Position numbers and translations under genes: made by a program. DNA of 32,513 nt from Trypethelium eluteriae (Eukaryota): positions 1-32,513 of the forward strand of contig JAVECL010000258.1 in NCBI GenBank assembly GCA_051942245.1, written 5' to 3'. How positions within the stretch are numbered: position 1 is the first letter of the stretch; the number at the start of each line of letters is the position of its first letter. Of the stretch, positions 1 through 14,200 are shown in pieces. The notes under the pieces were generated by a model that saw nothing but the letters and a program-made list of their open reading frames with translations, searched no databases and was not told where the DNA came from.

Positions 1-709
1 CGAGCCAATGGATCCAAATATTGGCCGCACAATGAAGTCAATCTCCGTAGCTAGCTATATATGTAGAGGCGATCCGCCACCTTCAGAAGAATCAGATCGA
101 ATAGGTTTTTTACCACGCACGGTGCAGAGAAACACTTTCATCATGAGAATACTATCTCAACAAATATCTTCTGGACCAAGATTAAAGGTTCCCACCCCTA
201 GAAGGCGTCTTTGACTGGATCAAACTTTAAGATGCCCCAAAAATACTTAGGACGGCTTTGAACCTTAAAAGTCTAAAACTCATTTTGCCCTTAGATTACA
301 AGATTTATGATAATATACTTTGGTTCAGTGACTTAGACAAGAATTCCCCAGGGCTATAAGTAACTGACACAGCTTGGGCTATCTTAAAGTTACTCCCAAT
401 GGAGATTAAAATCACAATTATTAGATTATAAAAGCAACCAAGGTTGGATAACATTCCCATGCTTATTACACGTCGTTAAGGTGACAACCCTCTATATCAT
501 AGTCAGTTTCTTGATGCTGCTCGGAGATCTGGATGGCCAGTGGAGACGCAGTTCTATGACGCCGATGGGCGATATCCCGTACGTGCTAAGGGCGAAGGAG
601 AACGATGATGCTACAGCATAGACTCTCCTTTAGCTATTCAGATACCTTCATTTCTCGAAACGAATCATTGACACCTGGCTCAACACCGGACACTCATTAC
701 GACGCTCCT

Positions 710-760
710 TCTACCTCGCCCTCATCCTACCTCGCCCCAACCTACCTCGCCCTCACCCTA
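710..760 (+). repeat. Short tandem repeat, 3 copies of a 15-16 bp unit with core CTACCTCGCCC
   Basis: ctacctcgccctcatc / ctacctcgccccaac / ctacctcgccctcacc read directly. Confidence 0.75.
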
Positions 761-1929
761 CTTCATCCCCAATTTCCGGCAATGTGCGAAATGGACATAT
801 TATCTCAACCTTCAATGAAACAGTCAAGAATGGAAGAGAGCAATTTATTGTGATCAAAGTGGATAAAAAGCAATGTTTTGCAGCAGACAACTGGTTTTTT
901 GCGAGGAGGCTCCAAAGCTGTAGAGGAATAGCCTTAGACATCCTTGACTCGCCACAAGATTACATTCCAATTGCCTCCCCCTCTTGATCTTGGCACCATA
1001 GCCCATTAACTCGTGTCCCTTTTCCCAGAATTACATAGGATCCTATGGTACTGATACAATAATCCGTGGCGTCAAGAAGCATATTTGCCTTAGCCTCTTT
1101 AGCATCAGCAAAACGTCTAACTCTATAGAGCGGGCAGTAAGCTTAGCAGACGTCCTTAGACGGAACACCATCCATAAGTGTGGCTTCTTAAACCAGGCAG
1201 AACCCAAGAATGATATTATAAGAGCTGCAACGGAAAGCATAACCAATATCCAGAATAACAGTTTTGTCCGCTTTGGCAATGGATCCTAATGCAGCCTTGG
1301 TCCTATCTAGAAAATGCCAATACTCTCCAGTATACTTAAGAAGCTTAGGAATCCGAGCCAAAATGCCCTGAGTTGACTTGCTTGGCTGTTGGCGCGTTAT
1401 AAGTGCCACGCGCTTCCGTTTTCCGGGCAGCGCAACCTTTTTCCCAGCCTCCTGATTGAAGAGATCAGTGGTGTTGTCTATAAGCGGAGGTCCCATTGAT
1501 TCAGTGGAAGAAGCATCTACTTTGGTCGTCGACGCCATGGTCGGTTCGATCATCCTGGCACTAAACACACAGTTTGGATGATAGTGGGCGTTCCAGTTTT
1601 CAGGTGTCAATCTGATACATTCAGTGTATAAGCCCAGGAGATTTCCCTCTATCCCGCGCAGCTGCTCTATCGAAGCAAGTGTGCTCTACGTCACATTAGT
1701 CTCTACCTCTCTTTTCACTTGAGCGCGCGCTGACCTCGTAGGTCTTTCCTGGGCTGTACGGGAGCTCAAATATCTCGTCGTTCCAAGCGCCATGCCAACG
1801 AACATGGGTGACTATGTAGTCCTGGAGTCGCGTCATTGAGTGTTTTATCTCAGATTCTTTCGGAAAGTTCAAAGTTAAACTGTTTTCCATGAGGTAATGG
1901 TTAGTTTCCAGCGGTGCGCTGAAAAGCAT
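753..1929 (-). pseudogene. Disrupted hypothetical gene; N-terminal part may be a fungal ubiquitin-like domain
   Basis: ORFs 1696-1929 and 1188-1610 join in frame through an intron (GTCAGC...GACTAAT...TAG), giving ...PYSPGKTYE|STLASIEQLRGIEGNLLGLYTECIRLTPENWNAHYHPNCVFSARM. The frame continues past several TAA stops toward the 753-941 ORF. The ubiquitin-like call rests only on the 'RLTPENW' pattern. Both ends are uncertain. Confidence 0.45.
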
Positions 1930-3229
1930 AGGCTCGGCTCTCCATTCTTATACAAGGTGTTTGGGCGAAGAGATGGATCATCTCTACTCTATATTTCTCC
2001 TGCAGCTAATTTAGGCGCTCCGATTCTTAGTCTGTTATGGCTGGCTGAGGGGCTTCGACTTTAGTCTCCTACGGCTGCAGGAAGGTTCAACTCCCGGGTC
2101 GAGCATAGGGTTCCGATAGTGTCCCGTGGCTGCAGCAAAGAAAGTCTAGGTATCTCGCAGGGGGGTTGGAACTAACTGTGTACTCAAATTATCAAGGCTA
2201 ACTCCATGACAAAAGCGCGAGTACCGTACCGGGCTACGGCGGGCCGCGTACAGTACTCTACGATAGAGTAGAGTACCCAGGTTCAGAAGTACGGGCCGGA
2301 TCTCCGAGTGTGTGGGTGGTCTTACTCCTAACACTTCACGCAATGAATATGGCTGTAGAGGAGCGTTCTGACCCATGACCTTTCTGCAAGCTCAGTAGGC
2401 TTTCGCTCGATTCGTCTTCGGCTAGGAGTACTTAATTTATCTTTATTTTTTTTTTTTTTTGGCAAACTCCTGGAAATGGGCCACAGAGGAGCACAGCGTA
2501 GAGCACCTGCTCTTGCTTGAAGCCCAGCAGATAGCTCAACGGGAAATACGTCAGAAAGGAGTTTATTGTCAAAATCATGGAATTTTGGGATCCCTCTTAC
2601 TACTCTCTTTCAGTTACTCTGCTGATGCATTTGCTTTAGACGTCCACCAGGTACTAAAATCTCCAAAGTGCAGCACACTCCCGTGGTAAAGAATTACCAT
2701 ACCACTTATCACACCAAAGTTCTTCTAATTATAGCCAATCCTGCCGTGGTTATGTTACTTTTCTCTATTAAGCAACCGCTGTCAATTGTATATTATAAAT
2801 GCCGTACAAGAAAGAGATTGCTTCCGGCCTAGGAGTCGCTTATATCTATAGATAACCAGTGCAGAGAAGGAGAGGATCTGATTTATACATTTAGGACTAT
2901 TAACAATCTGGTTAACATGCTGATAGATAGGAACAATAGTGTTCCTTAGCCGCGATTGTAAGCCTAAATTATTAATAATCTGTCTTAAAGCTGAGTTAAC
3001 CAGACTTGCTTTATAGAATTCGCAAATTCTGGAATAAGCTTCTATTAATATCTTTAAAAGTGGACTGTATCTCTTCCAAGTGGTTATAAATAGACAGGAT
3101 TAGAAAATCCTCAAGCTGATTACATTATTTATGGGTTGATGATAAGGTTTCCGCTAAGATTGATTTAAGTTATTCAACCGGTATCTGAATGCAAATACCG
3201 CTACCAGCAGAAGACATGTTTAATAAAAA

Positions 3230-4136
3230 TATGGAACCAGGTGTGGTAAGGACGGGATTAAAAGGAGATAATTAAGACTATGTGATGCACTATTATTACG
3301 CAACCCCTCTGGATTTTAATACTTTTTGATGCAAAAAGGCATCTACTAATCTGGCAAGAGGGGCTGCGTACTGCATCCTTTGCTGAGGGGGGGCAAGGAT
3401 AGACCCACCTTATGCAGAGGCTATATACCGGCACTACATTTAGGACATAAGATATAGGGGTAAAGTTTTCCAAAGCGTAGCTTATTACATTACCTTGTAG
3501 GTCCAACACCTTATTCAAGTTTCTGCTTAAGGGTATAATAATTATAATAAAAATAATACGCCATAAAATGCAAGGTGCTTTTGCGGCCCGGCATAACCCC
3601 ATTTTGACCAAGAAGGTGATTAGTATAAATTATAGTATATGTTAAAACAGTCAGGCTGCAGCCTATGGCAACATATAGTTTAGAGATATACATCAAGCAC
3701 CCTTCTTCCAACTAGAAAGAAAATTAATACAATATTTACTAATTTATGGAAAGGTTTAATCCATTAGCAGACCATAAACCCAATTAAGCTAAAGCCCTAA
3801 GAATCTTATTAAATTATTAATAGGATTAATCAGCTAATATATATTATCCTTTAAAGCTACGCAGCTTTTTAGGACAACCGCCAGACAAAAAATACACTCT
3901 TTTACCGGCGAGTGCATAAATTTAAGTAATAAGTTTACCAGGGGATGACCAGATGCTTACTTTTCTGTAAGGATCTCTGTGGTGCAACCAGAAGTAGGAC
4001 TATTCCAACTTGGGCTATTGGGCTCAGAGGTAATAACAATGTTAGTAATAATCTTCTACGCCTGCTTATCAGTTATGTCTTATTGGATAAGATCTACTAC
4101 TCACAATATCTCTTCTTATTTCTCCACTTTGCATAA
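3230..4136 (+). pseudogene. Mutated ORF relic, product unknown
   Basis: One frame (MEPGVVRTGLKGDN*DYVMHYYYATPLDF...ARCFCGPA*PHFDQEGD...) runs into ORF 3945-4136 with intermittent stops. Confidence 0.35.
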
Positions 4137-4743
4137 TAATCCCAAGTCTTTGATTTCTAGGTTGCGTCTTGTGACTTGTGTTGGAGGCAAAAAACATAGA
4201 TTAAGAGGGCTCTTATAAAGATACACTTAGTTTAAAGATTAAGTACACAATGTTGGATTGTTATAGACTATGTAAGGTATTCTAAGTAGTTCTGAGCTGA
4301 TAGACTAATGCAGCTTCGCAAGAATGCCTCCTTTAATACGCTTAAACTCAGCTAGCTGTCCGGAGATCTCTACATAATAGGACTGCGGAGATTAAAGTTT
4401 TGGATATAACCCTAAGCTAGAGCCAAAGCTTCTTATGGCGCTCTTCACTTGCTTCTGCGTCCAGGCTATTTGATAATGCATATAGTCCACATATTGTGGA
4501 CCCAACCCCTTATTCTATGCCACATAAATTATGCAAAGATGGATGCTAGACCAAAACAAAAACTAGGAATTCCTAGTTTTTATTTTGTTTAGTGTAAGAA
4601 AACTGTTGCCTAATCTCTTACACGTGCTGGAAATTAAGATTGGGATAATTAATAAAGAATTTTATATTATTACTCCTTAAGACGTCCTTAACTCCAAATC
4701 CAGTAACACAGATGAGCTGGTTAATTATAGGCTCCGCAGTAAT

Positions 4744-5832
4744 ATGGATAAAAAAAAGGCCATCTTTATTATCAAGCTTCTGCAATGCAAAGCTAAGGAA
4801 ACTGTAAATCTATTTAACACTCTTTGGGGCTTTTTTATTAAGAACAAACTTTACACCGCCTGCGGTCTTACTGTGGCAGAGGCAGAAGCAAAAATTAACC
4901 GGGCTGAGTTCAAACAACTTAAAAAGGCATCTAATATCCGGCATTACTAATACCAGTTAAAAGAATAAATAAGAAAGCAATAGCGGATTCCTTAGGAAGA
5001 GATAATATGTGGCACATATTGCAGCAATAACAAACTTAGCAAAAATTCTCTAGAGCTTATTTGGTTATTTATAAAGACAGACAAAGATTCAAGAGGAGCA
5101 TTTCTTGCGCAGTTTAGTCGTCAGGCAGAAGCAAAGTCATCAAAAAGGACAGAGAAGAAGACCTTTGGCGCACCATTCATCCAAAAAGTCTGCAATAAAG
5201 CTGTAGGTCTTTAACAAAATAAGCCTTATCACACTTGAACAAATTAGACGGAATATCCGCCATTAAATCACCTACTAAAGACACAGGATTGTATTTTGCA
5301 ACAACGCAACTTAAATCTGAATTACAATCTCAATACCTCAACTCAGAGTAAAGAGACATAACCAAGACTGGGAAAGAAATAATACATAACATCTAAGGAT
5401 TTTTGCTGTACCCTTTTAATTCCACAAGATTCTGAGCTTACTCCTTATTTTAAAGGCGTTTGCGCAAAATGCCGCTCTTGGCTCAGCCATTATTTCAGAA
5501 ACCACTCCATTACTAATCAATCTTCCATAAATTAAAGCATACTGGGAGCTAAGTACAAAAAGCTACTGCTGCACTGTGTGGAAAGGTTTTCTGCATTATT
5601 AGCTGTTCTGAGCTTTATCTCCAACCAAATAAGTTTACTCAGGATTTATTTATATTCACTTGGAACAAAACTGGCGGATTCTAGTGTGAATAAGGAGGAG
5701 CTCCAAGCAATCTATATAATTATAAGGACAACATAGGACAAAGTCCAACAACAAGCTTAAAAATCCCAAGCTGCAGAAGATAACTCGCACTATAGGTCAT
5801 CCTATCCGGCTGTGTTAAACAATGTGGATTAA
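4744..5832 (+). pseudogene. Mutated ORF relic of roughly 360 codons, product unknown
   Basis: The frame of ORF 4744-4950 (MDKKKAIFIIKLLQC...) continues with protein-like sequence and sparse stops (...LTPYFKGVCAKCRSWLSHYFRNH...). Confidence 0.5.
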
Positions 5833-7079
5833 AGGATGGCCTTAGTGGCGTCCATATTTCTAGAGACTTATTATAAAGTGTTAGAGCAAAGTATAATGCT
5901 ATGTTTTTCCTAAAGTTTTGGCACATCATTAACTGTTTTAGTAGGAGCTAATTTAACAAATCCTATTAAGTCTATTATCAATAATCCAAACCCATTTCCT
6001 GAGTCCCAACTTCTGACTTCACCAGGCGCAGGAAATACCATGCTTCACCAATCCTTAAATTATAATTATAAACAAAAAGGATGCGACATCTTAGGTCCAG
6101 AAAATTGGATAAATACTGGAGAAAGTAGCATGCATCAGCTTTAGCAAAACTTATTACTCCCATATTCAATTAACATAGATAATCGCCCCTTTGCCGGAGC
6201 TAGTCAGGAAATGCCGCAGCACCAACATGTCAGCTATGGCAGAGAAGAAGTTATCTTACAGCTTAGTGCCCAACAGCCAGTTAATTAGTATGTCCAGCAT
6301 ATTTTGAACAGATTTCAACAACCTTTTAAGGTCGCGATGTTAAATCCTCCACCTACTATGGCGTGTAATAAATTTTGGTCCTTTAATTTAATTAAAGTAA
6401 ATAACCACTCTTTAGGGTCTTAGCCAGCAATAAATATGGATTTCTTAATATATTATTTAGTATCTCCTCCTCTTAATTAAATACTAAGTAATTCCTTGCA
6501 ACTCCTCATAAAAACATTCCCATTAGGTCCAAGATTGGACTGGAGAAATATGTGTAGGATATAGGTGCCACATTTTAAAGGCAATTTACTAATATTGGGT
6601 AGGGGTTAAAAGTACTAATACAGTAATTATCTCTAAAGTAGTATAATTTGCTAACCCAAATCAGCTGATATACTTACTTAAACACAAACTGTATCCTTTT
6701 ATCCAAATCTTAGTCCCTAAACATCAACTCCTAGCTCTATTAAAAGCTACACCTATAATTTATAATATGGATAGTTTTAAAAACACTAAGTGCCCTTCTG
6801 GTTTATAAATTTTAGATAAAGGCAGACTTAATTTTGTACTATAAGACTTTAAGGGTTAAAAATTATTTAGCAACTTACTATTTAACCTATATTATTATAA
6901 AGGTGGAAGCTAATATGTTGCATTTATAATTACATTACATAATAATAGACTTTAGGACTGAATTCTCTTTATTAATAAATATAAGGGTAACTTATATCCA
7001 ACCCCGGTTTAGTTTATATTATAACACGTGAATAGATTCCTCTCCACTCCGCTGGCTTTAGAGAAAGTTAAATAACTTT

Positions 7080-7860
7080 AATATTATCTATAGATATATT
7101 AAAAAACCCCTCTGCGTTCCATTCTAAAATGCGGGTAAGATTGCATTGTTAAGAAAGCTTTATAAGACTTATAATGGGCCGCGGCTTGTAATACCAGCTT
7201 GTTATGGAGAAGCTGACTAAAGTATCCTCTGTGTTTATAATAATTATGCGCATTAAGTCTGACCTAGTGTATCTGCTAATTTATATTACAGCTTTAACCA
7301 ATTACTGCTCCATGGCATCAACTTAAACCAATAAGCACGCAACACCGCAGCATCCATAATAATAAAATATAGTCTATAAGATGCTTTTGCTATAGCCGCT
7401 CTACATTAATATTGCTTACTTCCTAAGGGACATATTATGGTTAGTTCTTGGGGTCCGCATTATAACCGGTACTGGATAAGGTTGTCTAAGCTTATAGTGT
7501 TTAATAAATATAACTTTAATCCAATAAAGTTTGCCCTTAATAATAATAACTGGCTCCTAATTAATTATTAATGCAAAAGCTCTGTTGGTTTAAAGGAGGC
7601 ACTATCACAGTTCTAGCGCGAACTGCAAAAATGTGTTAAATTTTAGTGCACTAAAAAGGCTTTAGGAATCCAGAGGATTTATAATAGTTATTACATTAAA
7701 TATTAAGAGGAGGATGGCGAGATGTCTATTAAAGCGAATTATATGGAGATTAATAAGAAGTACCTTATGCCAACTGCCTGGGCTATGCAGCCACTTAAGG
7801 ATGGAAGCATTACATATATGGAGATTATGCACTGTCCATAATAAGACCCTAATAATCCTA
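7080..7860 (+). pseudogene. Mutated ORF relic, product unknown
   Basis: A single frame reads ...YNGPRLVIPACYGEAD*SILCVYN...KGHIMVSSWGPHYNRYWIRLS...LRGGWRDVY... with many TAA stops. Confidence 0.35.
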
Positions 7861-9769
7861 AATTATACATTAGACCAGTTTCTTAATTACTGGCTTCTTT
7901 TATTGTTTATCATAGGCCCCCTATAAAATACTCTTGTGATAAGATTGTGAGCTTTTATTATTAGTTTAACACCACTATGTTTTAATGCTTCTAATTATAC
8001 GGTTTAAATTTTTATATATAACTAAAGCAATACTTAACTCTTTTTTATTTATTTAAGTGCTGTAATACAAGTTAAGAGTACCCAAATATCTAATGCTTAA
8101 GTAATGTGATATAATAATAAAGTTTCCTCCTTATGCATTATTACTTTTATAATAAACAGGATCTACTTAAAGCTGTCCTATTTAGCTTCGGCCTATAAGC
8201 ATTCTAAATTACTTATTTTGGAGTCCAAATATAACCTAAAGGCGCAGATTAATAAGCACTACTGACTATAATCCAAAGACCAGCAATATCTTGCCTAATA
8301 AGAATTCTATTAAATGTACTAAGATTTAGTACATGCAGATTATAATTAATACTGGGTATTAGTAAGGATAGCATACTTACTATCTGCTATCCCTAAATAC
8401 TATAAAAATATGGCAAATTTCTTATCAATAACATACTATCTCAAATCAGATATTATATTCCCTGGTTTAGTATATGCAAGTGGAATATGCTCCAATTTGA
8501 CTGCAAATATAATTAACTAATTATACGGAGTTTTTATAAGCACTACCACACAATACTTAAACCATGCAAAACTGTTATTAAGGAAATGTACATAAAACCT
8601 CATAAATACTGTAAGGGTTCTCTATAATACTTTACTTTTTCACGCTGCTAGTCTAACAAAAACCTAGCTATATGCACAAGCAAAAGTTAATCTATACTCC
8701 ATAAATCTATATCCCTTTCTTAAAGAATTACATATTTTGCTATAGGCTTATAGGAGCTTTAATTTTTTTTTAACTTATACTGTTAATAAAGAATAAGAAG
8801 GGCGCTAATAAATACAAAGTTAACATCTTTATACTTTACCAAAATTTCTATAAACCTGCAATTAAGTTCTTAAGCCAGGCTTTTGCCACAATAGGTGGAA
8901 ATTTTTTATTCCGCATTTTAATTACTCTTGGTACCTACCAGTACAACCAGCGATAGTGTGTTAGTCTTTAGACGTCAGACTTTTTTATAAAGATTTTAAA
9001 TCTTAATAAATAAGGATTCTAATATGATACTATAAATAAGGATAAAACACTTACTTTCTTTTATGCATTTTTTTTGAATCTATAAGTACTCTTCTGCTTT
9101 AGGTGTGTTAAGGACATTTAATAAAAAGTTATAATAACTAAATTAAATATTTTTATAATATAAATCCTTAATTATTAGTTTATAATTATTTAAAAACTTA
9201 TTAATACAGGACTGTAATTTAATTAGCCGGATTAAGATAATTTAAGCTTTAATACTTCCCTTAAGCACAAGAGCTATTTTTCCCACACTATTATTGCCTA
9301 ACACTGCAATTTTATGGAAGTATATTTTTGGAGTTATATAATAAGATATAAAATACTTTCTTTCTTAAAAATAAAAAGGAAAGGTATTAAAAAAAATATC
9401 TGTATAAGCTGGAATGCTTTTATGGTTATACTAAAGTACTGGATATAATAGTAATAAAAATTTTAAGTAAACTAAAAGGGGATATACACAACTGTATTAA
9501 ATCTTTAGAAGTACAAAAGCCTAGTGGGTAACATCCCTTTATTACTTCTTAATATTTATTAAAGGCTAATTGTGTAGACCGTACTGGATCTTTAAGCTGT
9601 GTTATCCGCCTTTAAAAGTTTAATATTTAAGGGTATAAAGCAGCTAATGTGATGTCCGCTGCCGCTTCGCATTATCTTGTGCTACTTGCGCCGTCTTCCT
9701 GCTATCTCCGGCCTGTGGATTAAAGGCCGCGCAATGGATGGAAGACGGCACCTCGCAAGTCTTAAACAC

Positions 9770-10272
9770 TTACATCCCTGTAAGCTCTTTGCGCTGCAGA
9801 AACCTTGCAGGGTTTACCTTCCTAAGTAGCATACCCTATGTTATTTATAAGCTCTCCGTGCTATAAAGACCTTACAGGGTTTACCTTTTTAATTAGCATA
9901 GCCTGCGAGCTCTCTGCAGTGTAAAGACCTTATAGGATCCACCTTCTTAAGCAGCATAACGCATTATAAAAACCTTGCAGGGTTCATGTTCTTAAGTAAC
10001 ATATATCTTAGGTCTTGCGCACTTGCATCCCTATAAGCTCTCCGCGCTGCAGAAACCTTATAAGGTTCTCCTCTAAATAGCATATATATTAGGTCTTACA
10101 TGCTTGCATCCCTATGAGCTCTCTGCGCTGCAGAGACCTTGCAAGGCTCAGCTCTTAACTAGCAAATTATTTAAGTTTTAGATGCTTGCACCCCTAAAAG
10201 CTCTACGTGTTAAGGAGATCTTACACAGTTTATTTTATTATCTTAGTTTATTACATCCCTATAAGCTCTCTA
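9770..10272 (+). repeat. Degenerate array of about 8 units with core CTTGCATCCCTATAAGCTCTCCGCGCTGCAGAAACCTTGCAGGGTT
   Basis: The core GCTCT recurs at 9784, 9851, 9909, 10037, 10118, 10200 and 10265, plus a partial unit near 9962. Most differences between copies are transitions. Confidence 0.8.
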
Positions 10273-10301
10273 TATAACTCTCTCCTTTACTTATATGTGA
10301 C

Positions 10302-11264
10302 ATGGCCGCAATAAAGAGAAGGCAGAAAGTGCAACTAAAGGGTAATAAGCTTAAGCTTGCTGTTTTAAGAATTTTAAAAGCTTTGCTGATTTAGAAGGCT
10401 AAGCATTAAAGGGCCTTAACTTTTTTTTATTTCCGGATTTAGAGGGAAGAAGCAGAATTAGCCCCTTACCTTATCCTTATAAGTTTAAGCCAAATTAATG
10501 TGATTAAAAATAAGAACACAGTATAACTGGCTTAAAGTACTGGTTAAATAGATAGGCAACCAGAAATTCTAATATTTAATAAAATAATTAAATAACCGTA
10601 AGCCGGAGAATATAAGCCTATTATTAACCTCTGTCTTAAGCTTGCTAAATAGGAGACCAAAATTATAAAATTCTTTTAAAATAGAGGTTACTTATTATGC
10701 CTTAAACCAGTGGTAATAAATAAGGACAGAAAACTGCAGCATGTTATGGAATATAATAGGGGCGGTCTAACTAAATAATATACACAATTTTAAAAACTTT
10801 TAGCACTTCTTAGTCTGGCGGCTAATTATAAAATTTGGGAGGTTGCATTACTGGATAAAAGACCTTTAACCAAAATTATTATTACTACTTTTATTAGGGA
10901 ACATCCAGAATTATTTCTAGACCAAGATACAGCAAGGTGAGTAATTTACATAAGAAATTAATATAGGGACCTAAACCAAGAGTTCCCTAGGATATCAGCA
11001 ATTATGGCATTTGTCCCCTAGGAGTTTTCTTAGGTATATCCATTGGAATAGCTTAATAAGCAGCTTTATTTAGAAGAACTTAAATTCATCCCGGAACTGG
11101 GTAAACAATTCCTTCCCTACCTTAATAAAGCTCAGCAAGCGTACAAACAGAGGCTAGGGATGGACGTAATAAAAAGGCAAGCGAATATTATGGGAGCATC
11201 CTTATACGCAATAGCCAGGGGTGGGATGGTTAATAAAGCCCAGACTAAGAGTCCTGCGGTATAA
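10302..11264 (+). pseudogene. Mutated multi-exon gene relic, product unknown
   Basis: Frame from 10741 (MLWNIIGAV*...IREHPELFLDQDTAR), a short GTGAGT...TAG intron-like segment at about 10937-10966, then DLNQEFPRISAIMAF...KFIPELGKQFLPYL... The 5' part is uncertain. Confidence 0.35.
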
Positions 11265-14200
11265 ATTACAGCGCATTAAGGGCTTATAATATATTCATCT
11301 TATAAGCATGTAGTGGCTACTGCGCTAATTTAATTAGCTAAAGCTTAATATAGGACATAATTATTTAGAGGAGGGCCAATTTTCCAACTCTACTTAGGGG
11401 TTAGGTCTGATAGCTGGGGCGCAACGTGGTAAGTACTTAGTTTCTGGTTCTTAAAACATGGCTGACCTTATGTAGAAAATACTGGCGGGATGTCCCAATT
11501 GGGCAGATGGATTAATAATGGAGGTAACAAAATATGGAATCAGCCACATGCGGCTATCCTAAGCATTACCCAGCTTCCAGCGCTGCTGGCTTAATCCTTT
11601 TACTAAACTCAGTATGTATCTTAAATTTGTTAGTCTCCAGCCTTATTATAAATTCTTTAAGCCCCACTGGAAAGCTTATTAGCGGTTTTTTTATAACACT
11701 CTTCTTATAAATAAATATTATCCCTTTTCCCTTAAGAATGCAGAAATTCAGCCGAGGGTTAATCAGTAATCTTCCTTTATTATTTAGGGCAATTATCTTA
11801 GTGGGGCCTTTTACGCAGGCATAATTAAGCTTAATAATAGCTTTTATTCTGGATGAATCTTTGTCTGTAGCAAATAACCTAATCTTTGGCGTGCAATGTA
11901 AGCCAGGCTTAACTTTAATCTAACTAACGCCACCAAATGTAAACACTACATAAATCCCAATCTTATTAATAGATTGGACTTGCTTGTGTTCTATTAGCAG
12001 CGTATGTAATGCAGTAGAGGAGTGTTTTCTAATCATAGTATACGAGGTAAAAAAAACAACATCAAAGCTGGGTAAGTCCCTGAGGATAGACTGCACGCTA
12101 TATTAAAGGGGTATTATTAAGTAGCTGTAAACTTCCCTTATTTTTAGGGCCGAAGTTCTTAGACCAAAACTTAAGCCCTTTAATCTTTTAAAAGGGATTT
12201 TTCCCTGCATCCAACTTAATATTAATTTTATCTACCTCTCCGCCTACTTTCTTGCTCTTTATAATAATATAACTGTTTTATTTAAGGGCTCCTTTTTTGT
12301 CTCCTATTACGCGTTTTAACATGTAAAAAGAGATAGGCTGCAGTTTAACATAATTTTAATGTAAAAGGTTAAATAGTAAAGTCAAAAAGCCTCTCATTAA
12401 TACGCATTAGTGTTCTTAAGGCTGGCTTAACAGTAATGGATTAATATAAATCTGAGGCGTCTATATTTTTGGGTTATATTACTGTATTAAAGAAGTTGCA
12501 TACCAAATACCCTCTTACGCGGGAATTAAATTATTGTTGCCTCTCCTAAGCCCTATTTTTAAAATGCTAAGTTAATTATATGCAGCCTATAGTGGGTTAG
12601 GAGTTATTAAAGATTTAAATGGGAATAAGGTGGACTATCTAAAATGCAATAATTAAGTAATATTAATAAGTTGCGTCTCTATCTAAGTAATTGTTATAAC
12701 TCTAGAAGTCTAAATGCTAATTATGTCACTAAGTAGCGTACTTTTTCCTATTAATCTCTTCCTTAAATAAGGCTACATAAACGGACAAGTCTTTTTTATA
12801 ATAAGCTGCAAAGAAATCCACAAACTTGCCTATCTAGCTGTGACAAAATTGTTTCACATTCCTATTATTAAGTGTACATCAGCAGAGCTATAGAAGGGTT
12901 GAATAGGTAAGAAAAAGGAATAGCATCTCTTTACTAGTGGACCTAAGATTTTTGGGTGTCTACATGTAGCAGGATCACCCGCGGCGAAGCAAGCAGATAA
13001 GAAGATAGTGTGATGAAATAATGGTAGTATCCTAGCCAGCTACGCAGCGAATTAAAAATCTGGGCGCATAATCGCATTTTTTATGCTTCCGTCTTATCTG
13101 CAGCCGCATGCATGCTCCACTGTGACAGTACATTAATGCATGCAAACAGCGTATTCTTACACTTTAACATAATTAAGGTTCCCTATCCCTAGCAAACTGC
13201 TCCTGCATAGGCAATAATATCCCAGTTCTCCGCTCTAACCTACTGTATTTAACCACACTAATAGAAACTTTATAATAACAACCGGTAACCCATTATATTA
13301 GGGAGAAGGCTGCAATTTGTTATCAGCGTAAGAATAATAGTGTTTACCTGCCTAATTTAATTATTAGCAAAATCTATAAAGTCAGAATTATGAGAGTTAG
13401 GGCTTATTTAAGAAGATTTATATTTTCCCTTTATTTAGCAAAGCTTAGTTAGCAATCTTTTTTAATTACTTTACTTTCTTAGTAAGCGGAGTTAATAAAT
13501 AAAGAAAATGCTACTTATTAGCTTTATTAGGATTATAGTCCATAATACTGGAGTATATAAAAGTCTATTACAGATATGCAATAATTATTAGATTATCTAC
13601 CTTATTATTAATAGAACGGAATTAGTTCAGATTAACATGCGTGGGGCAGAAAATAGCAACTAGGGCACCCTCATAATTAATAATCAAAATTATATTATCA
13701 GCAGTTTAAGCCTCTATTATTAGGACATTATACTAATTACTGCAATATATTCAGAATATGTGTTAGATCTTATATACAAAAGATAACACAATAGATATAC
13801 TATGTTAGGAGGAGGATTAGGATGTTAATAGTGGATGTAAGTATTAACTATCACCCAGATTCAGATAGCTTACAACTACCTTAATTATGTTATCCTTAGT
13901 AATTTGGCTAAGAGGGGTTGGGTCTTACAAAATAGTATACTTATAATCTGGGGTGCTCTACATCTTTAGTATGGGCTAAGAGGTTTAACAAGAGAGCTTG
14001 CTATGGTGTAAGGAAGCTTTTACTAAAAGGCTGCCCCTTTTATACCAGTGGATCTGGCACTGGATATGGGCCTCTTACTTTATTTAAGAATTTTGTATTA
14101 AGTTGACGCATAAATTATGTTAACCTAGTCTTAGTTTTTAGAAGGCTGCCTTTTATAAGAAAGAGTAGCTTTAAGAACATGCAGGTTAACTTATAAAAAC

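Noticed and set aside
2446..2460. T15 run near the left edge of the mutated block as a retroelement poly(A) tail
   Set aside because: No adjacent reverse transcriptase relic or target-site duplication could be identified.
9770..10272. CRISPR-like repeat-spacer array
   Set aside because: Eukaryotic context, degenerate repeats, linkers related to one another, and no cas genes.
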